Shown: piece after piece, positions 1 through 8,256 of the stretch
Layout: every line of letters begins with the position of its first letter
Numbering within the stretch: the first letter of the stretch is position 1
From: Candidatus Saccharimonadota bacterium
GTDB taxonomy: Bacteria; Patescibacteriota; Saccharimonadia; Saccharimonadales; UBA4665
Reading direction: 5' to 3'
Length of the DNA: 64,000 nt
NCBI GenBank assembly: GCA_027315225.1
Contig: DAHUYJ010000002.1
Span: 23,889 to 87,888 of the forward strand
The notes under the pieces: model-generated
The model's database searches: none
What the model saw: only the letters and a program-made list of their open reading frames with translations
What the model was told of the DNA's origin: nothing
Made by a program: the position numbers and the translations under genes

Positions 1-2
1 CA

Positions 3-728
3 AACTTTCTGCGAAAGCTAGGAGTCCGCATAGATGGTATAGGCACGCCCTTTGTCACCGTTCATGGCGTACAACCCATCAAGAAAAGCGTCACCTTCGC
101 GCCCAGTGAAGACCCCATAGAAGCGATGTTCTTCATCTCAGCGGCGGTAACGACTAATTCACGGATCGTTATCCGCAGGGCGCCGTACAAGTGGATTGGC
201 CTGGAACTTCTGAAGCTCAAGAAAATGGGTGTTAAGATGTACCTGTCCAGTACTTACAAAGCCGCTAACGGCATTACTGACCTGGCCGACATCACCATCG
301 AAAAGCACGAAACGTCAGACCTCCACGCCCTGCCCGAAAAACTACACCCCAACCTTTTCCCCGGCCTAAATCCGGACAACCTGCCCTACTTCGTTCCGAT
401 CGCGGCTGTCTGCCACGGCCGTACGCTTATACATGACTGGATGTACGAGAACCGGGCGCTTTACTATACTGAGATGACCAAAGTAGGCGCCCAGGTTGAG
501 TTGGCCGATCCGCACCGCATCTATATAAATGGGCCGACTAAATTCAGTGCCGCTGATGTCGTTTGCCCGCCGGCGCTTAGACCGGCCAGCCTGCTTCTGA
601 TCGGGATGCTGGCAGCCCGCGGCAACTCTATTTTGCGCAACGTCTACACTATTAACCGGGGGTACGAAGACCTCGCCGAACGTCTCAATAGCCTTGGTGC
701 CCGTATTACAGTCCTGCACGATATTTAA
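3..728 (+). CDS. murA: UDP-N-acetylglucosamine 1-carboxyvinyltransferase (MurA), C-terminal part; 5' end outside window
   Basis: Frame is open from the window edge to TAA at 726-728. C-terminal EPSP-synthase-fold pattern: LRKLGVRIDG..., ENRALYYTEMTKVGAQVE, INRGYEDLAERLNSLGARI. Confidence 0.75.
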   Translation, partial: NFLRKLGVRIDGIGTPFVTVHGVQPIKKSVTFAPSEDPIEAMFFISAAVTTNSRIVIRRAPYKWIGLELLKLKKMGVKMYLSSTYKAANGITDLADITIEKHETSDLHALPEKLHPNLFPGLNPDNLPYFVPIAAVCHGRTLIHDWMYENRALYYTEMTKVGAQVELADPHRIYINGPTKFSAADVVCPPALRPASLLLIGMLAARGNSILRNVYTINRGYEDLAERLNSLGARITVLHDI

Positions 729-732
729 TCTG

Positions 733-751
733 TGCTATAATCACCTCTGTT
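733..751 (+). promoter_or_regulatory. Extended -10 promoter (TGcTATAAT) plus conserved leader box TATAATCACCTCTGTT upstream of tRNA-Gly
   Basis: TATAAT at 736-741 is preceded by TGc. The same 16-mer recurs at 3932-3947, with a 13/16 variant at 61971-61986, each time upstream of a tRNA. Confidence 0.5.
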
Positions 752-757
752 AAGCGC

Positions 758-832
758 GCGGGTGTCGTATAACGGTTATTATCCCAGTTTTCCAAACTGG
801 TGACGGGAGTTCGACTCTCCCCACCCGCACCA
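758..832 (+). tRNA. tRNA-Gly (anticodon TCC), CCA encoded
   Basis: Acceptor GCGGGTG/CACCCGC, anticodon stem CCAGT/ACTGG with loop TTTCCAA, T-arm GGGAG-TTCGACT-CTCCC, 3' ACCA. Confidence 0.9.
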
Positions 833-852
833 ATTCGCCGTAAGCGTACCTC

Positions 853-929
853 GCCCCGGTAGCTCAACTGGATAGAGTCACGGAGTTCTAACCCGTAGGT
901 TGCAGGTTCGAGTCCTGCCCGGGGTACCA
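853..929 (+). tRNA. tRNA-Arg (anticodon TCT), CCA encoded
   Basis: Cloverleaf GCCCCGG...CCGGGGT (G1-U72), D-arm GCTC/GAGT, loop GTTCTAA, T-arm GCAGG-TTCGAGT-CCTGC. Resembles E. coli argU apart from an A-C mismatch closing the anticodon stem. Confidence 0.8.
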
Positions 930-959
930 ATTATTAGTAGGTGAACGACGCACCGGTGT

Positions 960-1205
960 CTATTCCAGGCCCATGTGGTCAACTACAGACTCGGCTATAG
1001 GAACACCCTCGTTTGGGTCCGCAAATAAAGTCTCTTGGCTCTCACGGGCTGACCGAGTGGCCATGCTGCCGGCCCGGGCGGCCAGGTCCAAATTGGCTGT
1101 TTCGCCGCCGGTTCTGCTGGGACTGCTCTCAACAGGCTCTGAGTCCAGGTCCAGACCGGAACTCTTATCCGGCCCGGTGGTTTGTGCTGCAACTTCTTCT
1201 CGCAT
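960..1205 (-). CDS. Hypothetical small acidic protein (81 aa)
   Basis: ATG is preceded by AAGGAAAGGAG (SD). No recognisable domain. Overlapping + strand ORFs lack an SD. Confidence 0.4.
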   Translation of the reverse strand: MREEVAAQTTGPDKSSGLDLDSEPVESSPSRTGGETANLDLAARAGSMATRSARESQETLFADPNEGVPIAESVVDHMGLE

Positions 1206-1233
1206 GTTCTTGCTGCTCCTTTCCTTTACATTT

Positions 1234-1257
1234 AAAAACTCCCGCGATTTGCGGGAG
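1234..1257 (-). terminator. Rho-independent terminator (minus strand)
   Basis: 7-bp GC stem CTCCCGC/GCGGGAG, 5-nt loop, followed on the minus strand by TTTTT. Downstream of the 113-aa gene. Confidence 0.6.
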
Positions 1258-1399
1258 TCTTCGGTACGTAAGTAAACTCGAAGTCACCCGCATGCGGGGG
1301 CAATAATGCTGACGACGAAGTTAACTTTACTCATGGCGAACATTGTCGCACGACAAAAAGCTTTTTGCAATGATTTGCTGGCATGGCTGCTCGACCTAT

Positions 1400-1741
1400 T
1401 TATTGTTGGGTGTTTAGTCGGTTGCCCATTTGTTGGATCGCTGTGCTGCCATCCAATACGCTGTTGGCGGCACTTCTACCGGCGTTTAAGACCTGGCCGC
1501 CCGGTTTTGCGGCGGCCACGGCCGCCGCGTTGTTGCTTAGACTTACGCGCGCCCAACCGTTTTTAGTCGGCTTGATTTGTATAGCGCTGCTAGTCAGGGC
1601 TTTCCCGGCGCCGGTAAGCGAGTCCTGGTAGCTGTTGCCGGGGTGGCCTATATAAAAGCCATAGGCAATGGCCAGCATAAAAACCGCCACGCCGAGCATG
1701 ATAATCGGCGTAGTGTGCCGGTGCAGTTGTTTGTTGCTCAT
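1400..1741 (-). CDS. Hypothetical membrane-anchored protein (113 aa)
   Basis: N-terminal TM helix PIIMLGVAVFMLAIAYGFYI. Lies 17 nt downstream of the zinc-ribbon gene on the same strand. Confidence 0.5.
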   Translation of the reverse strand: MSNKQLHRHTTPIIMLGVAVFMLAIAYGFYIGHPGNSYQDSLTGAGKALTSSAIQIKPTKNGWARVSLSNNAAAVAAAKPGGQVLNAGRSAANSVLDGSTAIQQMGNRLNTQQ

Positions 1742-1757
1742 CTATAGCTACCCGTCT

Positions 1758-2717
1758 TTATTTCCACTGCCAGTTTGTCTCAAGGGTTCCGAAATCGGGT
1801 TGATTACTGCCTCTAACGACATGGGCTACCAGGAAAACGTTCTGCTGCTTGGAGCCTTGGTGCAGAACAACGCCGAATATGCCCCTCTGGTTGTTTGGAG
1901 CATTAATGTAACCTATATACGCCTGACTGCCGGCAAAGTTGCCGCTCCTCTCCGATGTTACACTGCCATTAATGGCCTTAGCCCCGTCCGCCAAAGCCCT
2001 TTGGCCATACTGTGACAGATTGGCGCTGGTTACGCTAGAGTCGCTGACAGTTTGCACCGTATACTCTTCGCTTGTACTGGCAGAGTCAAAGTCACAGCCG
2101 TTCGGCTTGTAGTTATTAAGGCCGCTGTCTATCTGTACGTTGTAACAGGGTGTAGTAATGGACATGAGGTTGGCATTTGTGCCCGACGAGCTGCTCGTGC
2201 CCGATCCCGCAGCAATACCGTGAGTTTTGTTATAGTTTTCGACCCCATACACCCAGAGGCTGAGCGCCGCCAGGATGGCCAGGGATGAAAAAATAATCGC
2301 AAGCAGGCTTACGGCGTGTTTATATCGGGTGCGGGCCGTCGTGCCCAGTACCAGCCCTATGATACCTAAGATCAGGCCGGCTAAAGGGATGAGAGAAGCT
2401 GGTATGCCGATTACCCCAACGATAAGGCCGATGATAGCCCTGGTCTCTCCGGCATTACCGGCCGCGACCGGAATGGCCGCGTATGCCGGCGTGCCGCCAA
2501 CGCCACCTGTCATACCGGGCATAGGGCCACCGAAGTTACCAGTAACAGGTGTTGGCGCCGGTACTTGATTAGTGAACGCTTGTGAGAAAAGTGAGGCGTT
2601 CTGTGATTGCTGCACCGGTTGCGGAGCAGGAGGAGCAGCACTGGCAAGGACTTGTCCACAGTTACCGCAAAATGCGGCCCCCTGATTTATCGGCTGGCCA
2701 CAGTTCGGGCAGTTCAT
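1758..2717 (-). CDS. Zinc-ribbon membrane protein (N-terminal CxxC-x10-CxxC, two TM helices, extracytoplasmic domain)
   Basis: MNCPNCGQPINQGAAFCGNCG zinc ribbon, Pro/Gly linker, two hydrophobic helices. SD AAGGAAAC lies before the ATG. Confidence 0.7.
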   Translation of the reverse strand: MNCPNCGQPINQGAAFCGNCGQVLASAAPPAPQPVQQSQNASLFSQAFTNQVPAPTPVTGNFGGPMPGMTGGVGGTPAYAAIPVAAGNAGETRAIIGLIVGVIGIPASLIPLAGLILGIIGLVLGTTARTRYKHAVSLLAIIFSSLAILAALSLWVYGVENYNKTHGIAAGSGTSSSSGTNANLMSITTPCYNVQIDSGLNNYKPNGCDFDSASTSEEYTVQTVSDSSVTSANLSQYGQRALADGAKAINGSVTSERSGNFAGSQAYIGYINAPNNQRGIFGVVLHQGSKQQNVFLVAHVVRGSNQPDFGTLETNWQWK

Positions 2718-2751
2718 TGTGGTGTTTGTTTCCTTTCTTTAATACGCCTAT

Positions 2752-3525
2752 TTAAGCATGTTGCCCGCAATGCATGCAATATAAGGTATGGCCCGGGTTG
2801 GGGAACCCACAAGCCTGACAAAAGTTATTATTCCCTGAGGCAGCCAATCCCTGGGCCTTATCAAGTTCGCTGGCGCGCATGAACAGCAGGAACAGGACTG
2901 CGGTCATGCCGGCTGTAATCATAAGCGACATGACTATAAGGAAAGTATTCCCTGAGCTTAAGCCGAAGTCATAGAGGCCATGCAGCAGGATTGCTCCGAC
3001 AAGGGCAAGTGCCGGCTTAGTGAGCGATTGGTGTTCCACCTTTGATTTTGCTAAGAAGTATCCCACCATGCTGGTTGTTGTCGCATGAAACAGGGGCGTC
3101 AGGATTATGCGCCCCAAACCCACCCCGCTTCCGAATTGCAAGGCATAGAGGATGTTTTCCGGCACGCCAAAGGCCAGCCCGGCAATAACAAAGTAGATGA
3201 TTCCATCCGTGTGCTCGTTGAAATACCGCTTGGGATAGATAAAGATAGCCAGCGGCAGAAATTTGCAAAGTTCTTCTATGAAGCCCACCCCCAGCATGGC
3301 CACCAGGATCGGCCCCAAAGCCTGGCCTCCCGAACTATTGACAAGTCTCAGCGGTATGACCCAATGTTCGGCTAACGCGGCCACGATAATACCTAGAAGC
3401 CCGAAGCCAGCTGCCGCCCAGAGAGCTGATACTGGCTCTTTTTCGCCGCGGTCATGAGCAAGCAAAAACCAAGTCAAAGCCGCAGCGATCAGAATAAATG
3501 CTATAACGATAATAAATAAAAGCAT
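2752..3525 (-). CDS. PrsW-family intramembrane metalloprotease with C-terminal zinc ribbon
   Basis: Polytopic protein with the EELCK and FHATTT motifs typical of the PrsW/CPBP-like family. C-terminal FCQACG...YCMHCG. Start moved to ATG 3525 because a TATAAT box (3544-3549, minus) lies inside the longer ORF. Confidence 0.72.
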   Translation of the reverse strand: MLLFIIVIAFILIAAALTWFLLAHDRGEKEPVSALWAAAGFGLLGIIVAALAEHWVIPLRLVNSSGGQALGPILVAMLGVGFIEELCKFLPLAIFIYPKRYFNEHTDGIIYFVIAGLAFGVPENILYALQFGSGVGLGRIILTPLFHATTTSMVGYFLAKSKVEHQSLTKPALALVGAILLHGLYDFGLSSGNTFLIVMSLMITAGMTAVLFLLFMRASELDKAQGLAASGNNNFCQACGFPNPGHTLYCMHCGQHA

Positions 3526-3682
3526 GTGCGTTTTACGAGTCGTATTATACGTAAACGCAAGGGTAGCGACAAACTTTGCAGGTACTGCGCTTTCGCATGA
3601 ACGGACCTTGAACAGCGTTGGTTGAAGCACGCAAGCAAGATAGACTTATGCGATATAATGGACTCTGTAAGGGAGAATCATT

Positions 3683-3868
3683 ATGGAACCCCAAGCCCAA
3701 CCACCAAAAGATCCGAATAAAAAAGGTTATGGCAAGCGTCCTGTCTGGCAGTGGGTAGTTCTCTACCTGGTGATAGCCATAATTGTGTATGGAATAATTT
3801 ACCTGCTCTTTATCCATAAAAGCGGAGGGGGCTCCTCCGGTACTGGCAGCTCAAACGGCTATTACTAG
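3683..3868 (+). CDS. Hypothetical small membrane protein (61 aa)
   Basis: SD GGGAGA and an upstream TATAAT. Single TM helix WVVLYLVIAIIVYGIIYLLFI. Confidence 0.45.
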   Translation: MEPQAQPPKDPNKKGYGKRPVWQWVVLYLVIAIIVYGIIYLLFIHKSGGGSSGTGSSNGYY

Positions 3869-3929
3869 TCCTTAGCAAGATGGCCAGGCTCCAGGGTACA
3901 TTACCGGTTTGTGAAAAGGAACGCTTTCG

Positions 3930-3948
3930 GGTATAATCACCTCTGTTG
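3930..3948 (+). promoter_or_regulatory. -10 promoter plus conserved leader box TATAATCACCTCTGTT upstream of tRNA-His
   Basis: 16-mer at 3932-3947 is identical to 736-751. It ends 9 nt before the tRNA. Confidence 0.5.
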
Positions 3949-3956
3949 TTAGGCAA

Positions 3957-4034
3957 GGCGAGCGTAGCTCAGTCGGTTAGAGCGTCGGGTTGTGGTCCCG
4001 AAGGCCGTGGGTTCAAGTCCCATCGCTCGCCCCA
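3957..4034 (+). tRNA. tRNA-His (anticodon GTG) with encoded G-1 and CCA
   Basis: Extra 5' G pairs with C73. Anticodon stem TCGGG/CCCGA with loop TTGTGGT. T-arm GTGGG-TTCAAGT-CCCAT. Confidence 0.9.
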
Positions 4035-4097
4035 AATGATGGAGTTAATATGGCTGGGGCCGTTACCATTGACAAAGATTAAATATAGAGGGAGCGC

Positions 4098-5960
4098 ATG
4101 AAGCGACCGTTCAGACAACTGTTCCATTTTTGGCGTCATTACAAATTGTTCAGCCTGGCATTGGCAGTAGTTATTGCCGGAGTAACCCTGGAGCTGACCG
4201 GACAAGCGACCACTGCGCATTGGTTGTTGGGCGTAGTGGCAATTATAGAAGTGCTGCCCTTGGCCTGGGGAATGTGGAAAGATATACAGGTCGGGACATA
4301 CGGGATTGATGTCCTGGCCGCCACGGCTATTATTACTTCGGTTATTCTGGGACAGTACTGGGCCGGTATCGTAGTAGTCCTCATGTTAACCGGTGGTGAA
4401 GCGTTGGAAGATTATGCCGAACACCGGGCCAGAAGGGAGCTTGACGCCTTGCTCAAACATGCGCCCCAAAAGGCACGGGTACTGCGCAAAGGCAAGGTCG
4501 TAGAGGTGAAAGTTGGCGAACTAAAGGTCGGCGATAAAGTTGTAATAAAAGCTGGCGACGTGGTACCGGTGGACGCTGTCATAACCGAGGGTGCCGCTAA
4601 CTTCGACGAATCATCGCTGACTGGAGAGAGCCTCCCGCAAGCTAGGGAGGTCGGCGGCCAATTACTCAGCGGATCAATTAACCTTGATGGGCCTGTCACT
4701 GCACGGGTCCTGGCTACTGCCGAAGATAGCCAATACCAACAAATCGTTAAACTGGTGCAAAGCGCGGCGGCCAGCCAGGCGCCTTTTGTGCGTCTCGCCG
4801 ACCGTTACAGCGTTCCCTTCACGATCATGGCCTACGCCATTGCCGGGATCGTCTGGGCAGTTAGTGGCCAGGCTGTCCGTTTTCTGGAGGTAATAGTGGT
4901 GGCAACACCATGTCCGCTTATATTAGCGGCGCCTATAGCGCTTATTAGCGGCATGGCTCGGGCCAGCCGCTATGGGATCATCGTCAAGACCGGCTCAGCC
5001 TTGGAGCGGCTGGCCGAGGCGCGAACCATAGCTTTTGATAAAACCGGAACCCTGACAAGCGGAATATTGCAGGTGGGCAAGATTGCCGTCTTCGGTTCGA
5101 ACAAAGAAGAGGAAGTGTTGAGGCTGGCCGCCAGTCTGGAGCAAAGCTCTAATCATGTGCTGGCCCTGGCCATCGTAAAAACCGCCCAATCTAAAAAACT
5201 AAAGTTGGTAAAAGCCAAGCACATCCAAGAGATTGCCGGGCGCGGCTTGCGCGCCCATATAAAAGGCCAGGAAGTCCTGATCGGACGTTTTAGCCTGCTC
5301 GAGGAGTACGACGTACAACTGCCGAAGGGCTTTAGCCCTGGCAAGATCAGACAGACAGCCGTCTATGTAGCGCTAGATGGAGCGCTTGCCGGTATCATAA
5401 CGCTAAAAGACCAGCCCCGTCCGGAGAGCAAAGCAACGCTTGAACGCATCCAGGGCCTCGGTTTGAAAGATATGATCATGGTCACCGGAGACAACCAGGC
5501 CGCTGCCCAGGCGATAGCGCACCAGCTCGGTATCTCACATGTCCATGCTGAAGCCCTGCCGGCAGATAAGCTGCATATCCTGGAAGAAGTCAAAACCCGG
5601 CCGTTGGCCTTCGTTGGCGACGGCGTTAACGACGCGCCGATCCTGACCGCGGCCGACGTCGGCATTGCGCTCGGGGCACGCGGTTCAACCGCAGCCAGTG
5701 AGTCGGCCGATATGGTAATAATGTTAGATGACCTGAGCTATGTTGCCACTGCCCTGGCCATTGCCAAACGCACGTTCCGCATCGCTAGGCAGAGTATCCT
5801 GGTCGGTATAGGCCTGAGCCTGCTGCTGATGCTTGTCTTCGCTACCGGCAAATTTTCACCTTTGTCAGGGGCCATTGTTCAAGAAGTGGTCGACGTAGTA
5901 GTGATCTTTAATGCGCTCCGGGCCCATATCACGCCGGCTGAGAGCATGAAAACTACGTAA
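4098..5960 (+). CDS. Heavy-metal-translocating P-type ATPase (P1B), no N-terminal metal-binding domain, TM motif TPCP
   Basis: DKTGTLT phosphorylation site, TGES-like TGESLP, VGDGVNDAP hinge, membrane motif VVATPCPLILAAP. SD GAGGGAG. Confidence 0.9.
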   Translation: MKRPFRQLFHFWRHYKLFSLALAVVIAGVTLELTGQATTAHWLLGVVAIIEVLPLAWGMWKDIQVGTYGIDVLAATAIITSVILGQYWAGIVVVLMLTGGEALEDYAEHRARRELDALLKHAPQKARVLRKGKVVEVKVGELKVGDKVVIKAGDVVPVDAVITEGAANFDESSLTGESLPQAREVGGQLLSGSINLDGPVTARVLATAEDSQYQQIVKLVQSAAASQAPFVRLADRYSVPFTIMAYAIAGIVWAVSGQAVRFLEVIVVATPCPLILAAPIALISGMARASRYGIIVKTGSALERLAEARTIAFDKTGTLTSGILQVGKIAVFGSNKEEEVLRLAASLEQSSNHVLALAIVKTAQSKKLKLVKAKHIQEIAGRGLRAHIKGQEVLIGRFSLLEEYDVQLPKGFSPGKIRQTAVYVALDGALAGIITLKDQPRPESKATLERIQGLGLKDMIMVTGDNQAAAQAIAHQLGISHVHAEALPADKLHILEEVKTRPLAFVGDGVNDAPILTAADVGIALGARGSTAASESADMVIMLDDLSYVATALAIAKRTFRIARQSILVGIGLSLLLMLVFATGKFSPLSGAIVQEVVDVVVIFNALRAHITPAESMKTT

Positions 5961-6585
5961 AGACAATCAGGGCTCCCGCTATGAATAGCGGTACAGCCAG
6001 GTTGTCTAGTCCCCGGATAGCAATATTTTCCAGTATGGTCGCAACTATCGACACCGATATAATGAACGCAAATGTCAGCGGGCTCATGAGCATAACGCTA
6101 TAGCGGGCCAGTATCAGACATGACACTATGAAGAACGTCAGGGTCCCTACCACGCTCTTGGGCGAACCGAACACCGAATAACGAAGCCGGTTGCCAAAAC
6201 GCGTACCGATTACTGCCGCTAGCCCGTCAGCCAGGCTCATCTCCAAAAGTGCGGCAGTATAAACCTTCGGGTGATGGTAAATAGTGAACGACAGCAGTCC
6301 GACCACCAACGCGAACCATACCTCTCCCCAAGTTGGACGCTGCACGCTGTGAATGGCGCGAAAGATATGGAAATATTTGGACAAAAAAGCGCCGATCAAA
6401 AAAGCCAAGCTCAGCATTTGTATGTCATGGGCAGTCAAATAATGCGGCCAGAAGGCCACGAAACTGCCGACTGTAATATGCACGAACTTACGGGTCAGCT
6501 CACCGTGCGGGCCGCGGCGCCGGTGCCATAATTCACTGATCAAAAGTAAGGCTAAGACCGCCAAGACGGTCAATGTAATCAACAT
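5953..6585 (-). CDS. Polytopic membrane protein of the CdsA/dolichol(polyprenol)-kinase superfamily
   Basis: About 6-7 TM helices. The LADGLAAVIGTRFG...SPKSVVGT pattern resembles CTP-dependent polyprenol/phytol kinases. The specific substrate is unknown. Confidence 0.5.
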   Translation of the reverse strand: MLITLTVLAVLALLLISELWHRRRGPHGELTRKFVHITVGSFVAFWPHYLTAHDIQMLSLAFLIGAFLSKYFHIFRAIHSVQRPTWGEVWFALVVGLLSFTIYHHPKVYTAALLEMSLADGLAAVIGTRFGNRLRYSVFGSPKSVVGTLTFFIVSCLILARYSVMLMSPLTFAFIISVSIVATILENIAIRGLDNLAVPLFIAGALIVFT

Positions 6586-6628
6586 GATTTGATTGTACAG
6601 GAAAAATTAAATCGGACTAAAATGGGAT

Positions 6629-6705
6629 TGGTCGGGGTGACTGGATTTGAACCAGCGACCTCAGCGTCCCGAACGCTGCGCGCTACCAAGCTGCGCCACA
6701 CCCCG
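6629..6705 (-). tRNA. tRNA-Pro (anticodon CGG), CCA encoded
   Basis: Reverse complement CGGGGTG...CACCCCGACCA. Anticodon stem CAGCG/CGCTG with loop TTCGGGA. Confidence 0.9.
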
Positions 6706-6732
6706 ATAATGCATAACAGGGGTTGATTATAA

Positions 6733-8247
6733 CTAAGTTTGTTGTGGATTGCCAGAGCCGGGATTGTAGGGGCTTTGGTCGTTTGGCTGCTGCGGTTGGG
6801 GCTGTGCATAGGGGTCCTGCGGGGCAGGCGGTTGTGGCGGTTGAGCAGGCACGGGTGGCGTGTACTGTCCAGGAGGCGGCGCGGTAATTGGAACTGGCGG
6901 AACTGGCGGCTGGACCAACGGTTGGGGCTGTACAGACACTACATTATTATTCGGAAACAGCGAACCGCTATTCACAGCAGCAGGATTATATGGACTTGTT
7001 GGCGGCATAGGGGAGCTAGACAGCGGTATGTTGTCCGCACCCCGCTTCTGTAATCCGCGGCCGCGCTTTATCAGCTTAAATATCCCTACCCATACCGCGA
7101 ATATCAACGGTACACCAACTAGCAATGCCACAATGTGATGCATCGTGTAGCCGATTATTATAACCGTACCCCCAAACAGTAGTGCTATCGGGAACGTGAT
7201 GACCAAGGATACCACACCTCCAACTTCACCCATTATCGGGATAAAATCTAATAGCGTGTCCAACGGCGCGAGCAGCATCATTAAGCCTATCCAGATAGCA
7301 ACTATTCCCGCGCCTCTCAATATCCATGTAAGGGTTTCATACTGGGAGTGTAGTGTAGCAATGGCGGTCTGCCTGTCGCCCAAAAACAGGTCGTATAAGG
7401 TGTGGCTATTTTTATCTGTGTACGCCGCAAGCGAACCATTATTAACCTGTCCGAACACGGTACCGGTAAGCCCTGAAGGCAAAGCTTTGTAGCTGATTCG
7501 AATGTCACCGAGCCGTGGCGATTCAAGGCTTCCCGACCCCCCGTATAAGTATTGCGTACTGGCCAACTGCACACTGGATAATGGTGAACTTGTAGCTTTT
7601 GCTGATGTACCCGAGTCTGTACTCTGTAGAGTATTTGGAGCGGCCGGCGATGCCATGGGATTCAGGTTGGTGTTGCTGGAGCTAAGTGTTATATCCTGTA
7701 GGCTTGGAAGTTTGATAGTCTGGGGGTCAAACGAATAAGCACCGACAGTCGAAGAAGTCGCGCTAACTAACTTATCATTAAGTGCTTTGGGCGGGTTCTG
7801 GTGGCCTTGCGGATGTTGGAAACTAGTCGAGTCAGCCGGCTGGTCAACCCATTCCTCAGTATAAGTGTACGTAGTCGTGTTCGTCTGCGAACCGCCTACA
7901 TTATTGTGAGATTGGGTGTGCTGTTGTTCCACCCATGCATACTCCTCAACGGTACGCTGTACGGCCACATATGAGCCGGAACGCAAGTAGGCTCCGTCAC
8001 TTATGTTTTGTCCTGTAAGCTTACCGGTGACCGATACGAACTTGCCGTTCTGCGATTGGCTAACGTGGTCCGCCTGAACAGGTACAGAGGTTTGGGCAAT
8101 CTTGGAATAATCCGTCCTTCCTTCATTCCAATACAGCATGATGCACGAACCAAAGATCAGCAGGAGGCCTATAGGCACCCCAACAATGGCACCCATAATG
8201 CGGCTCCCGAAACCGGTGGTTGTTATGCTGGTGAATTGGTTAGGCAT
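6733..8247 (-). CDS. TMEM43/DUF1625-like membrane protein with long C-terminal Pro/Gln-rich tail
   Basis: N-terminal TM followed by the WNEGR motif, a large loop domain, a C-terminal cluster of TM helices, then an approximately 110-aa P/Q-rich tail. Confidence 0.55.
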   Translation of the reverse strand: MPNQFTSITTTGFGSRIMGAIVGVPIGLLLIFGSCIMLYWNEGRTDYSKIAQTSVPVQADHVSQSQNGKFVSVTGKLTGQNISDGAYLRSGSYVAVQRTVEEYAWVEQQHTQSHNNVGGSQTNTTTYTYTEEWVDQPADSTSFQHPQGHQNPPKALNDKLVSATSSTVGAYSFDPQTIKLPSLQDITLSSSNTNLNPMASPAAPNTLQSTDSGTSAKATSSPLSSVQLASTQYLYGGSGSLESPRLGDIRISYKALPSGLTGTVFGQVNNGSLAAYTDKNSHTLYDLFLGDRQTAIATLHSQYETLTWILRGAGIVAIWIGLMMLLAPLDTLLDFIPIMGEVGGVVSLVITFPIALLFGGTVIIIGYTMHHIVALLVGVPLIFAVWVGIFKLIKRGRGLQKRGADNIPLSSSPMPPTSPYNPAAVNSGSLFPNNNVVSVQPQPLVQPPVPPVPITAPPPGQYTPPVPAQPPQPPAPQDPYAQPQPQQPNDQSPYNPGSGNPQQT

Positions 8248-8256
8248 GGTCGCGCC

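Noticed and set aside
706-930. ORFs overlapping tRNA genes (706-930, 3969-4220, 6579-6809, all on the minus strand)
   Set aside because: These intervals are explained by canonical cloverleaf tRNAs, so the ORFs are incidental.
973-1306. Two + strand ORFs (100 aa and 97 aa) overlapping the 81-aa minus-strand ORF
   Set aside because: They have no SD or promoter. The minus-strand ORF has a good SD (AAGGAAAGGAG) and fits the strand of the surrounding operon. The coding status of this GC-rich patch remains uncertain.
1284-1384. Two mini-ORFs on the minus strand (MSKVNFVVSIIAPACG, 16 aa; MPANHCKKLFVVRQCSP, 17 aa) between the 113-aa gene and its terminator, plus the GCATGC-centred palindrome CCCGCATGCGGG
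   Set aside because: There are no ribosome-binding sites, and the ORFs are too short to separate from chance. The region is more simply a 3' UTR with hairpins.
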